Shown here piece after piece: positions 39,544 to 49,403 of a DNA stretch of 64,000 nucleotides. This DNA is from Candidatus Dormiibacterota bacterium (GTDB lineage: Bacteria; Chloroflexota; Dormibacteria; Aeolococcales; Aeolococcaceae), in the NCBI GenBank assembly GCA_963709585.1, contig CAVPXI010000013.1, positions 64,001-128,000 of the forward strand, given 5' to 3'. How positions within the stretch are numbered: position 1 is the stretch's first letter; each line of letters begins with the position of its first letter. Made by a program: the position numbers and the translations under genes. Below the pieces are notes generated by a model, which saw nothing but the letters and a program-made list of their open reading frames with translations, was not told the DNA's origin and searched no databases.

Positions 39544-41361
39544 ATGATCGCGTTCGGATACCTGGGTGACGAGTTGCGCCGTCGCTGGGGTCGAACCGTC
39601 GTCACCGCACTTGGTCTGGCCGCCGGGGTTGGTCTCGTCATGGGAATCATCGGCGTGTCCGCGGGGCTGAGCGCGGCACAGAACCAGGCACTGTCGCCGC
39701 TCTCGTCGGTCGGGACCGACATCATCGTCACCAGAACGGTGGGTGCGACGACGACTGCAGCTGCATCACCGAGTCCGTCCCCTGGGGCAACGCAGAGCGG
39801 GGGGACCGGAGGCGGCGGGTTCTTTGGTCCAGGCGCTGGCGGCGGTGGTGGGGGCGGTGGCGGTGCCGGCCTCGGGGGTGCCGGCCTCGGGGGTGCCTCT
39901 TCAACCATCAGCCAGCTCAATGCTGCGGATCAGGCGGCGCTCTTGAACGCAAACTCATCGGTGCTGACCGATCTCGCCAAACTCGGCCCGTCAGGCACGG
40001 CGTTCGTGCACGACTTCTTCGTTCCCGGGACGCTCATTACGTTCCCCCAGGTTGCTGTTCAGGATGTGGCTTCAGTTCCTGGCGTGGAATCCGCCGTACC
40101 CGGACTGTCGCTGCAGGCGATCCATGAGTTGGGAACCGTACCGGCGATCACCGACACGGTGACAACCGGTGGCCAGACGATCACGTCGGTTGAGAAGCCA
40201 GCGCCGCTCACCGCTGCTGAACAGAAGTCGGTGTCCGCCTGCATCCGGGCCGCGGGAGGCTTCACGCGGCCCTCACCGGGAGCCACCCCAAACCCCGGGG
40301 GCGACGGTGGAGGTCGGGGATTCGGTGCGGCCTTTACGAAGTGCCTGCCGGCGCGTTTCCAGCAATACGAAGCCAAGGTGGTGGTGCCGACTTAAACCAT
40401 CACCCGCATCCTCAACCCGCCAACCACGAACACCCAGACCAAGACCTACACCGCAGCGGCAGTGAATCCGACAAACACCACCACGGGGCTGATCACCAGC
40501 GCGCAGGTCGTGTCTGGCAGCTGGTTCTCCTCGACGCCAGCCGATGAGATTCTCGTCAACACCGCCTATGCCTCGAGCAACAGCATCAAGGCCGGTCAGA
40601 CGATGACCATCAACGGTACGGTGTACACGGTCCAAGGGTTGGTGGCCCCGACGCTCACCGGCGACGTGTCGGACCTCTACTTCGATCTGACCACCCTGCA
40701 GTCGCTGTCGACCAACTCGTCGCGGGTCAATGAGGTCCTCGTCAAGGTGTCCAAAGCGAGCGATGTCGATGCAGTTGCCGCAGCGATCAAGGCCAAGCTC
40801 CCCGGAGCGCAGGTGCTCACCGCGAAGTCGCTCGCCAATCAGGTGACCGGTAGTCTGGCCAACGCTCAGACCATCGCGGCCAACCTTGGCGGCGCCTTGG
40901 CGGTGATCATTCTGCTCGCTGCGTTCCTGATCGCTGCCCTGCTCACCACGTCGTCCGTCAGCAAGCGTGTCCGCGAGATTGGCACCCTTCGCGCCATCGG
41001 CTGGCGCAAGGCTCGCGTAGTGCGCCAGATCATGGCCGAGACCGTTGGCATCGGCATCGTCGGGGCCGTGATAGGCGTGCTCGCTGGACTCGCCGTCGCG
41101 GAAGCCGTGAACCTCTTCGGGCCGACGCTGTCCTCAACGACGTCTGGCTTGTCCGTCGGTGCGTCGACGGCCAGCACTCTCTTCCATCAAGCTACGACGG
41201 CGTCGACCAGTCAGTCGCTGCACCTCCAAGCCGTGATCACGATCACGACCGTGCTCCTGGGCGTCGGGTTCGCGCTCCTCGGCGGACTCGTCGCGGGCGC
41301 GCTCGGTGGTTGGCGAGCGGCACGACTGTCGCCTGCGATCGCCTTGCGAGATTTGGGATGA
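39544..41361 (+). pseudogene. MacB/FtsX-type ABC permease with in-frame TAA at 40393-40395
   Basis: ELRRRWGRTVVTALG N-terminus; KRVREIGTLRAIGW and RAARLSPAIALR C-terminus; both ORFs share one frame. Confidence 0.8.
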
Positions 41362-42065
41362 CGACCATGGACGTGGCGACCCCCCTCTACCAGCTCCGAG
41401 GCGTCGAACGCCGCTACCTCAAAGGTGCGGCGGAAGTGGTCGCGCTCCGCGATGTCGACCTCGAAATCACCCGGGGCGAGTTCATCTCCATCGAAGGACC
41501 CTCCGGTTCGGGCAAGAGCACACTCCTCCAGCTCGTCGGGGCGCTCGACACGCCCAGCGCCGGAACAGTGCAATTTGACAACCAAGATCTGTCCAGAGCT
41601 CGGGATCGCGCCTTGACGGACATCCGGGCGACCCGGATTGGCTTCATCTTCCAGCAGTTCAATCTGATTCCCACCTTGAGCGCGGCCGACAACGTCGCCA
41701 TCGCCGTCGACCCGCACGTCTCCAAGACGGACCGCCGCGCTCGAGCCCTGGAGTTGTTGGCATCAGTCGGCCTGGCGCAACGTGCGCATCACCTGCCGTC
41801 GCGCATGTCGGGTGGCGAGCAACAACGCGTCGCTATTGCTCGGGCGCTCGCCAATCGTCCGGAGGTCATCATCGCCGACGAGCCCACGGGAAACCTGGAC
41901 TCCAAGAGCGCCGCCGACGTCATGGAACTGCTGGTTGGGTTGCGATCGGAGACGGGTGTCACCGTGATCGTCGCCACCCACGACGAGGAGGTCGCCAAGC
42001 ATGCCAGCCGTCGCATTCGGATCCGCGATGGCGCTGTCGTATCCGATACAGCCGCGCAGCAATGA
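41358..42065 (+). CDS. ABC ATP-binding protein (LolD/MacB type)
   Basis: GPSGSGKST, FQQFNLIP, MSGGEQQRVAIARAL, ADEPTGNLD. Confidence 0.92.
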   Translation: MTTMDVATPLYQLRGVERRYLKGAAEVVALRDVDLEITRGEFISIEGPSGSGKSTLLQLVGALDTPSAGTVQFDNQDLSRARDRALTDIRATRIGFIFQQFNLIPTLSAADNVAIAVDPHVSKTDRRARALELLASVGLAQRAHHLPSRMSGGEQQRVAIARALANRPEVIIADEPTGNLDSKSAADVMELLVGLRSETGVTVIVATHDEEVAKHASRRIRIRDGAVVSDTAAQQ

Positions 42066-42161
42066 CCACCGGTCGCTGCTAGCCGGCTCGCTCACTACCG
42101 CCCGTACAAGCCGCTCGGGTGGCCGCGCTGGCTCCGCGACTGCGACGGAGGCTCGTGCGCC

Positions 42162-42692
42162 ATGACCGACAGACCGCGCCCGCCGACCGAAGACGAGCGG
42201 TTGGCCTTTGATGCTGCGACGCGGGGGTCTCCCAGGGAGTTCGTCCGCATCTGCCGCCGGGCTGGCAAAGAGCCGGGACGCATGCTCGATAGGTTTGACG
42301 CGACGCCGTGGCGTTGGTTGTACTACTTCTCGCCGTCGGACTTGGTGAGCGACGGGATGCGAACCCTGCCCTACCCACCAGAGATCCGAGCACGACTCGA
42401 CGCGACTCGCAAATATGTCGAGGCCCCAAAATGGCAGCGCATGTTTTGCGTCAGTAGACGTGCCGCCGGTTGCCGCTACGGTCACGCGCCTGCGCGACCA
42501 GGGGGGCGATGCCGTCGCCGACCCGGGACCCGTCTGGCGATGCCAGCACGAGCACGGCAGCAGCGCGTGTGTGCGATGCGGCATCTGGTAACCGTTGCGC
42601 TTCATCCGCGACGTCTGGAGGTACAACCGATGACCGACACGGAGCAGACACTCCTCCTCTGGCCGTATCCGCACGCACCTTGGTTGTGGTAG
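42162..42692 (+). CDS. Hypothetical protein, possibly frameshifted
   Basis: GGAGG RBS; protein-like N- and C-termini, Arg-rich middle. Confidence 0.4.
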   Translation: MTDRPRPPTEDERLAFDAATRGSPREFVRICRRAGKEPGRMLDRFDATPWRWLYYFSPSDLVSDGMRTLPYPPEIRARLDATRKYVEAPKWQRMFCVSRRAAGCRYGHAPARPGGRCRRRPGTRLAMPARARQQRVCAMRHLVTVALHPRRLEVQPMTDTEQTLLLWPYPHAPWLW

Positions 42693-42831
42693 ACGTAGCC
42701 CTCGCTCGGGTGATCGTTGAGCGAAGTCGTATCCGTATGGAACGCTGCAACCTTGGCCACTTGTTTCCGAGTTACCTCTCCCAGGAACGACGTCTGTTAG
42801 CTACCGCACCGAGCGGGGGATGCATGAGCGC

Positions 42832-43023
42832 ATGCCCACAATTACGTTGCTGCTCTGCCCGTGGTGTCACTCCACCCGGCTCGTTCTGCTGACCTACACG
42901 GTGCCAGCCGTGGCAGGCACACGCGATCTGCCCGGGACTCGGCCGAGTGCGAAGTGCGTCGCGTGCGGGCACGCGCTGCTCGCGCGAGACGTCCCCGTGC
43001 GCATGTTGCCGAGGTCAGACTAG
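42832..43023 (+). CDS. Small zinc-ribbon protein, paralog 3
   Basis: CPWCHSTRLVLLTY...RPSAKCVACG; stop lies ~37 bp before family B copy 2. Confidence 0.7.
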   Translation: MPTITLLLCPWCHSTRLVLLTYTVPAVAGTRDLPGTRPSAKCVACGHALLARDVPVRMLPRSD

Positions 43024-43059
43024 GTTGTGGCGATCGTGTCGGCGTTACCTACCGTCACA

Positions 43060-43175
43060 GGCGCGACGTGGACGTCTCATGGACGGGGCGGCGGGAGACG
43101 GGGGTCTCCCGCGCAAGTACCACTACGACTGGCGGAGTTGTTTTCTCTTATCGGTTCGGTACCGCTGCGTAAGGA
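43060..43175. repeat. Family B repeat copy 2
   Basis: TGGACG at 43069/43080; palindrome 43091-43112; TTCTCTTATCGGTTCGGT at 43143. Confidence 0.85.
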
Positions 43176-43410
43176 GATGGCTCGCAGGAATGGAGCGATG
43201 CGGCTGCAGTATCCTTCGGGCGATCATAACCGAGCCGGACTTTGCTGACCACTTCGCCGACTGGAGGCGTGGCTCGTGAGCTGTCGGTTCATCTGCGCCA
43301 GGTCGGGTGACATAACGCTCGTGTGGGGGAGAGTGGCGAGTTGTTAGTTGAGCAGGTGACCGCCCGCCCATTCGCGCCTGGATGCCAGTGTGGGTCATCC
43401 AGGCGGTGAG

Positions 43411-43992
43411 CTATCGCAGCTCATCGATGCTGTCGAGGAAGCTAAGCGCGCGTTGCTTAAGCAGCTTCGCGGCACCTTCGTCGTAGTCGGGCAGGCTGTT
43501 GTCAGCGAACAGATGGCGGTCGCCGGGATATAGGAACAGTTCCGCGCCCTCTACGGTCTCAACGAGCTCTCGCGCGGCAGGGAGGTCCTCCATCGCCCAC
43601 TCGTCGGCCTCCATCATGTGGATCTGGAGCGGAACTCCCGGCGGCCACGAGCCGCCGAACTCGGAGGCCGGGAAGGCAGCGCTAAACAGCAAGCATCCTT
43701 TCGCGCCGGGACGCATCTGGGCGAGCATCTGCGCTCCCATCACCCCGAGCGAGAAGCCGGCATAGACGAGCTCGTTCGGCAAGCTCTTAGCGGCGAGTTG
43801 ACACCGCTCTAGGATCGTGTCGAAGCCGACCTGCTTGGCGTAGTCAACGCCCTCGTCGAGCGTAGCGAACGTCTTGCCCTCGTAGAGGTCCGGGGAGTGA
43901 ACCGTGTGCCCGGCTGCGCGGAACTCGTCGGCGAACGCAAGGAATCCGGGTGTCTCTCCCTGCGCGTGGTGAAATAGCAATATCTCGGCCAT
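43411..43992 (-). CDS. Dienelactone hydrolase family alpha/beta hydrolase
   Basis: LLFHHAQG, PDLYEG, AGFSLG, YPGDRHLFAD. Confidence 0.88.
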   Translation of the reverse strand: MAEILLFHHAQGETPGFLAFADEFRAAGHTVHSPDLYEGKTFATLDEGVDYAKQVGFDTILERCQLAAKSLPNELVYAGFSLGVMGAQMLAQMRPGAKGCLLFSAAFPASEFGGSWPPGVPLQIHMMEADEWAMEDLPAARELVETVEGAELFLYPGDRHLFADNSLPDYDEGAAKLLKQRALSFLDSIDELR

Positions 43993-44323
43993 CACGGGAT
44001 TTTCTACCACACCAGAGCTACCAGACCTTGACGCACCCGTCATCCACGGTCAGAGCAATCTGGACCACACTGGCGTAGCACCTTGTTTCTTGAGCGTTCG
44101 ACGCGATCGAAGCAAACCGGGCTCGAGCCGCTCTCGCCGCCGCGGCTTGACAAAAGGTGGAAGCCTCGCGAGACTCCGGCCGCGGAGCGGAGCTACGAGT
44201 TTGGCGGTAGTGTCGCCGTCCGTTGACACCGGCGAAGGCGAAGACCACGCTATGGCCCCATCATCCGACCGTCGCTGTCAGATCGGGGATGGGCGACAAC
44301 GGCACGGTCCGTAGACTCATACC

Positions 44324-44911
44324 GTGTCCATTCAGGTGCGCCCGGCGACTCCGGATCTGTGGAGCGACCTTGTCACGGTGTTCGGTCACCGCGGTGACGA
44401 TCCTTCGTGGTGCTGGTGTCGCCTATTCCTTCGTCCGGCAGCCCGCGAATCTGCAGCATCGGAACCGCCACCCAACAATCGCGACGCGCTGCGGAAGGAG
44501 ATCACCGATGCCGCCATACCGCCAGGGCTCCTCGCTTATGTCGACGATCAGCCGGTCGGATGGACAAGAGTTGGTCCTCGATCAAGTTTCGCTGGCGTTG
44601 GCGGCAACACAGCATTGGCAAGAGTGCTCGCGGAGGATCCAGGAGTTTGGTGGGTGACTTGCTTTGCGGTCGACAGCCGCTACCGGCGATGCGGGGTCGG
44701 GTCAACGCTACTCAGGGCGGCGGTCGAGTTCGCCCGTGAGCACGGTGCGACAGCGGTCGAGGGTCATCCGGTCGATGTGGCTGCCCTGCGCGCTGCTCGG
44801 GTCGGAGGGTCCGCCATCTACACAGGAACCGTGGCCATGTTCTCCGCTGCGGGGTTCACCGAGATTGCACGCAGCTACCCCACCCGGCCGGTGATGAGGC
44901 TTCTGGTGTGA
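44324..44911 (+). CDS. GNAT family N-acetyltransferase
   Basis: CWC, PGLLAY...VGW, VTCFAVDSRYRRCGVG, VEGHP, FSAAGF. Confidence 0.88.
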   Translation: MSIQVRPATPDLWSDLVTVFGHRGDDPSWCWCRLFLRPAARESAASEPPPNNRDALRKEITDAAIPPGLLAYVDDQPVGWTRVGPRSSFAGVGGNTALARVLAEDPGVWWVTCFAVDSRYRRCGVGSTLLRAAVEFAREHGATAVEGHPVDVAALRAARVGGSAIYTGTVAMFSAAGFTEIARSYPTRPVMRLLV

Positions 44912-45048
44912 TGCCCGGACAGTCGGGGAAGACCCTGATCGAACATCAACGCGCCCCGAGAAATATCGGCACACGGTCAAGTCCCCGGTAGTGGTGTGAA
45001 TTCGGTGGAGTTCTCACAGCGTTCGGCCAGCTACGCGACGAGTTCAGA

Positions 45049-45445
45049 CGCTGACAACATTCTCGGGCGAGCACGCGTCGCGTCCTTTGCCGGCATCCCG
45101 CGTGTCGTCTTCGCCGACCGGAGGTTGCTGCGATGGGTCTCACGGCCGACAAGGCTCGTCTGGGTGGCATCGACGCTGCCGCCGCTGAGATTAGCGTCGC
45201 CGACAGCGTGGACCCCTCCTGGACCTACGTACGAGATCCCCGTGGCGCCGTGGGCGTGGTCGCGGATCGCAGTCGTCGCGTGCTCGTGGGACGTGGACGT
45301 GCGCGCCGCTCGCCAGCGAGTGGCTCCACCAGGCTGCTCTCGCAATCCGGGCCGAGCTCTCGGTCGATGTCCTGTTCGACCAGGTCGCACAATATCCACC
45401 TACAGCGAGGCGTACCTCGCAGTCCTGGCCCGACTGGACTGGTAG
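45049..45445 (+). pseudogene. C-terminal dimerisation domain of a pyridine nucleotide-disulfide oxidoreductase, frameshifted remnant
   Basis: Stitched across frames: ADNILG..IPRVVF / MGLT..VVADRSRRVLVG / EWLHQAALAIRA..QY / TYSEAY. Confidence 0.6.
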
Positions 45446-45603
45446 GACCGGACAAGAATCGACGTCATGGCTCGGCGCAACGGCGTGAAACTGCGCTGGG
45501 AGAGTTCAGCTGCCGCATCTCACGCTGGAACCACACAGCGACCACACTCCATCGCACGTCCAACGAGCGCGCGTCCACGAAACGTGGCTGTCGAGCGCGA
45601 TAT

Positions 45604-45749
45604 TTTGATGAGCGTCTCATGCGCGGCGTGGACGCGTCATGGACGTCTGATGGACGGGAAGTGAGCAAGGGGGTCTCCCGCGCGAATACTACCGACGCGC
45701 GCGGAATTGATTTCTCTTATCGGTTCGGTGCGGCTGCGTAGGGGGGGTT
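45604..45749. repeat. Family B repeat copy 3 (left half of core palindrome altered)
   Basis: TGGACG at 45629/45640/45651; GGGGGTCTCCCGC; TTCTCTTATCGGTTCGGT at 45712. Confidence 0.85.
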
Positions 45750-46011
45750 CGCCGCCGTGACTTCTTCCGTCACTTCCGAATAGCCACCGACGAGCAGCAT
45801 ATGCACTTCGGTCTCGAGCCAGTTTGAGCAGGAATGTTGATCGAGGGCGCTGTCGGCTGGTGATATTTGTGTGCCGAGGTTGGCATGGGGCTGGCCTACT
45901 CAAACCTGGCAGAGGTACGCGAGCGCCTGGCCACGATCGCCAAGCCAGCGAGGTCATTGACCTCCTTCGGGGTCGGGAATCCGGGGCACCTCCTAGAAGT
46001 ACAGTTGTTCA

Positions 46012-46485
46012 ATGCCGAATCGTACGAAGGGCGCCTCGCTTGGCGTCCTAGTTGTAGCGTTCGGGGCATCGTGCGGCCAGCACGCGCAGCTCCCGACTAC
46101 GACGTCGGCTCCGACGAGCGCACCGGCGCTTACCTCGACGGCGGGAACTTACCCCGCCACCTTCGTCGGCGCCATCCAGGATGGCCTTGACCTCTTCAGT
46201 TCCACCAGCGGCAAGCCCATTCGCCGGCTCACCACCGCAGCCCTAAGTGGAGGTGATCAGTACCCAAGTCTCATCGGTGACGGTGAGATGGTCTATTTCG
46301 TTCGCGCCATATCCTCATGCGGCGAGAGTGGCTCGTCGGGCGGCATATGGGCCGTGTCCGCGGACGGCGGGCCGGCATCCGCCGTTGTCCCAACTCCGCC
46401 ACAGGACGTCGATCTTGTCCCGATCGTCAGTGGCGACGGCGAGATGCTCGCATGGGAGCGAGCGCGCCTCGCGGAGGAGCGCTGA
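46012..46485 (+). CDS. Putative lipoprotein with TolB/PD40-like repeats, probably truncated
   Basis: Lipobox-like GASC; P.LIGDGEMVYF and P.VSGDGEMLAW repeats. Confidence 0.55.
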   Translation: MPNRTKGASLGVLVVAFGASCGQHAQLPTTTSAPTSAPALTSTAGTYPATFVGAIQDGLDLFSSTSGKPIRRLTTAALSGGDQYPSLIGDGEMVYFVRAISSCGESGSSGGIWAVSADGGPASAVVPTPPQDVDLVPIVSGDGEMLAWERARLAEER

Positions 46486-46844
46486 CACCTCCCTCTCACT
46501 GCGGTCGCTGGTCGGGTCGAGGTCCGGCATCGTGGTCATTCTGACCCTTCCGGGCCCCCCTTCCTGACCATCGATAATGGAAAGGTATCGCTCGTGAGGA
46601 GGCGGAAAGTGGACGGCCTGCCGTGACTAAGAACCTCATCCCCAGCCAAGCCGCGCAGCTCGCCCGTCTCCGGGCGCTCGAGCGGCTGCCCGAGGCTACG
46701 CAACGGCGAGCAAGGCACCCCACACTCTCCGGGCGTGCAGTCGCGACCTCCGCGACCTCGAAGACGTCTATCGCAATGCCGGTGGCCTTCCACTCCTCGA
46801 GGCCTTAATGCGCGATGCGACGACATCGAAGGCGAACCCGATGT

Positions 46845-46965
46845 TAGATGACCGTCTGAGGCGCGGCGTGGACGCGTCATGGACGTCTCATGGACGGGGC
46901 GACGGGAGACGGGTCTCGAACCCGCAAGTTCAACCTTGGGAAGGTGACGGTCTGTTCTTGGTTCG
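46845..46965. repeat. Family B copy 4: TGGACG arm joined to a tRNA-Gly(CCC) 3' half (46903-46944)
   Basis: TGGACG at 46869/46880/46891, then cgggagacgggtctcgaacccgcaagttcaaccttgggaagg, which aligns with 2430-2476. Confidence 0.85.
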
Positions 46966-47200
46966 GGTCACGGACAAAACCCTCGCCCGATAACCGACGC
47001 GTTTGCACAGCTCGAGCTGTTCACGGTTCCGACCTCAGTGGTTATCCTCCGCCGAGAGTCGCGCGACTTAGAGTGGTTTTGCAGGAAAGAACATCAATCA
47101 GGGAATGCGTACTAGTCCCTGCAAAGTGACTGATCCCCGCAAGTTGGAATCGGCTGCATTTGAGTGGAAATGGCTTCACTGCAGTGCAATGGGATGCGAA

Positions 47201-47358
47201 TCGGGGAGACAGGACTTCGAACCTGCGACCCCTGGTCCCCCAGACTAGTCCTCATTTCCCGATGCGGGCTGAGTTCGATTTAGAGTGGTTTTGTGGGGAA
47301 TTGGTTGGAATGACGACTAGAGCGCGCGTTATGGATTTCGTTGGAATCGCGTGGACAT
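47201..47358 (-). repeat. Family A copy 3 (tRNA-Pro fragment 47201-47248 with 1-bp insertion + right arm only)
   Basis: Right arm nearly identical to copy 2. Confidence 0.9.
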
Positions 47359-47393
47359 GATGCGGGTACTCAGCGCGCAGCGGACCACCTTTC

Positions 47394-47792
47394 TCAGCCC
47401 CTCATCAGCACTTCAGAGTCGGCAACGGAGGTGACGTCAACGCCGCCATGCACGCCGAGCGCGAGGAGGTCGGCGTCGCCGGTGACAAGAGCATCGGCCG
47501 ATCCGGTTATGGCTATCGCAAGGATCTGATCGTCATCGGGATCCCGACAGACGCGCGGAACCTCAATCGGCGTCACCACATCGGCCATGGCCTCGAGCTC
47601 CGCTCGCACCGCGACAGCCCGATCGCTCGCCCAGCCACAGGTCTCGACGAGCACGGCCTCCAGCTCACGGAGGATCGCGGGACCGATGATCAGGGTGTGA
47701 TCACCACGGAGGACGTCGTCGAGGAGACGTCGCGGGCGTCCACCAAAGTGGAGCGCCGACACCAGCACATTGGTGTCGAGAACGACCCGCAC
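47394..47792 (-). CDS. PIN-domain (VapC-like) toxin
   Basis: MRVVLDTNVLVSAL...CRDPDDDQILAIA...LVTGDADLL. Confidence 0.9.
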   Translation of the reverse strand: MRVVLDTNVLVSALHFGGRPRRLLDDVLRGDHTLIIGPAILRELEAVLVETCGWASDRAVAVRAELEAMADVVTPIEVPRVCRDPDDDQILAIAITGSADALVTGDADLLALGVHGGVDVTSVADSEVLMRG

Positions 47793-48053
47793 TCAGCGTG
47801 TTGGTTTGCGGCGAGAGCGGCTGCGTCGCGATTTCACCGCAGCTACGACGCTATCTTCAGTCAGGGCACCAGCAGCCGCTCGGTCTTCCCCATACGCAAA
47901 GAGCTGATCCCATCGCTTGCGTCGCTCCGCGTACTGGCGGAACGCTTCTCGCAAAAGTTCGCTGCGCGTCCGGCCCTCCTGGTGCGCCAAGCGGTCGACC
48001 TCGACCGCGAGCTCTGGCGGGAGCGAGATGGTCACTGTCCCGGTCGTGCGCAT
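47793..48053 (-). CDS. Ribbon-helix-helix (CopG) antitoxin
   Basis: VTISLPPELAVEVDRLAHQEGRTRSELLREA; directly upstream of the PIN gene. Confidence 0.88.
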   Translation of the reverse strand: MRTTGTVTISLPPELAVEVDRLAHQEGRTRSELLREAFRQYAERRKRWDQLFAYGEDRAAAGALTEDSVVAAVKSRRSRSRRKPTR

Positions 48054-48178
48054 GAACAGGACGATAACACGAAGTCTTACCCGATAGGACCGCCGAACGG
48101 ATCGGGCTCACAGTGAACTCGGGCAACCATAGATGCGCCAATGGTGACATTGGCCTGCCGGAGGTCAATTTGCCGAGG

Positions 48179-48775
48179 ACCGGAAGCGATCTTCGGTTTC
48201 TCGGCCCGAAACGAAGAAGAGCGTTCTCGCTCCGATCAGGGCCTCGCGCATAGCGGCGGTGTCCGCATACGAGGGGTGCGGCGACCGCGATCGCCCCCGC
48301 CATGGGCGGCGCCGTCCCAACGCTGCGGACGATCAACCGCTGGGCGACGCCGCGGTCCGCGAGGCGTCGTGCCACCCGTCCGCCAAGGGCACCGGTGGCA
48401 CCGGTGATTGCGAGGTCTGGCAGCGTCAGATTGACTCCATTCCGAGCGGTGTAAGTATCCCGCCGAACCCCACCGACCGCGGTGGCACCACTACTCGGCG
48501 ATCGAGGCGGCCCTCGGCGCCGGCGTGGAGCGGATCGTCTACGTCTCTTTTCTCGGCGCCGCACCGGATGCGACGTTCACGCTAGCGCGGCAGCACTACC
48601 TCACAGAGGAGCGGATCCGAGCTGCGGGAATCCGGTACACCTTCCTGCGATCCAGCCTTTACGCCGACTTCGTACCGTTCATGACCGGAGATGATTTGGT
48701 GATGCGCGGTCCCGCCGGGACGGGTAAAGTCGGCTGGATATGCCGCGATGACATCGCTGACGTGGCAGCTCGGAC
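48179..48775. pseudogene. NmrA/QorB-like NAD(P)H-binding oxidoreductase, 5' part inverted, 3' part truncated
   Basis: AITGATGALGGRVARRL on the minus strand; GVERIVYVSF...RDDIADVAA on the plus strand. Confidence 0.75.
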
Positions 48776-48785
48776 GAGCTCGATG

Positions 48786-49135
48786 AAAGCTGTAAGCGCT
48801 ATGTAGGCGATTGACTGCCACAATCCGATCCATGAGCAGCGGCATCCGGCCTCAACCGTGGAGATTGATGCCTTTTGCAGGAAAAGTACTTATTCGCGTT
48901 TAGAGCACTACACCACGTGGGCGCGCAAGCGCCCAAACGCACTGCGCAACCTCTCGTTGCGAACTCAAGTCGGGCGATTGTCGGGGAGACAGGACTCGAA
49001 CCTGCGACCCCTGGTCCCCCAGACTAGTCCTCATTTCCCGATGAGCGCTGAGTTCGATTCAGACTGGTTTTGCCGGGAATTGGTTGGAATGACGACTAGC
49101 GCAGTTGCGATGGAATCCATTGGATTCCCGTCAAC
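48786..49135 (-). repeat. Family A copy 4 (both arms; tRNA-Pro fragment 48980-49027)
   Basis: Core identical to copies 1 and 2; arms align. Confidence 0.9.
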
Positions 49136-49403
49136 ACGCACCCACGGTGCTGGACATTACTTCCCTCCCTCACCCCTCTGGACTTTGGGCATTCTGACGG
49201 CCGTCGGGCGCGTCGATCATCTGAAGCCCGTGGATCTGCTGACAGGGCGCTTGTGTGCCGGAGATCGCCTCACTCGGTTTAGCATCCGCCTCAGGGCTGA
49301 CGCTCAGGCTTGGATCTCTCCCTCCATGTGGGATGCTGGCGCGGTGACCGGATGGGCCGCGCTCCACCAGATCATCGGGATGGCCGGAGCGAGCTCGCCT
49401 CTG

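Noticed and set aside
40393-40395. Stop-codon recoding at the in-frame stops (also 59969)
   Set aside because: Both are TAA, which terminates other genes here; single-base nonsense changes or sequencing errors are simpler
44922-44944. gtcggggaagaccctgatcgaac after the GNAT gene resembles a decayed Pro core
   Set aside because: Too short and divergent to distinguish from chance
38681-46965. CRISPR array or classical integron attC sites
   Set aside because: Spacing is 1-4 kb or more, with no cas genes, no RYYYAAC/GTTRRRY ends and no intI
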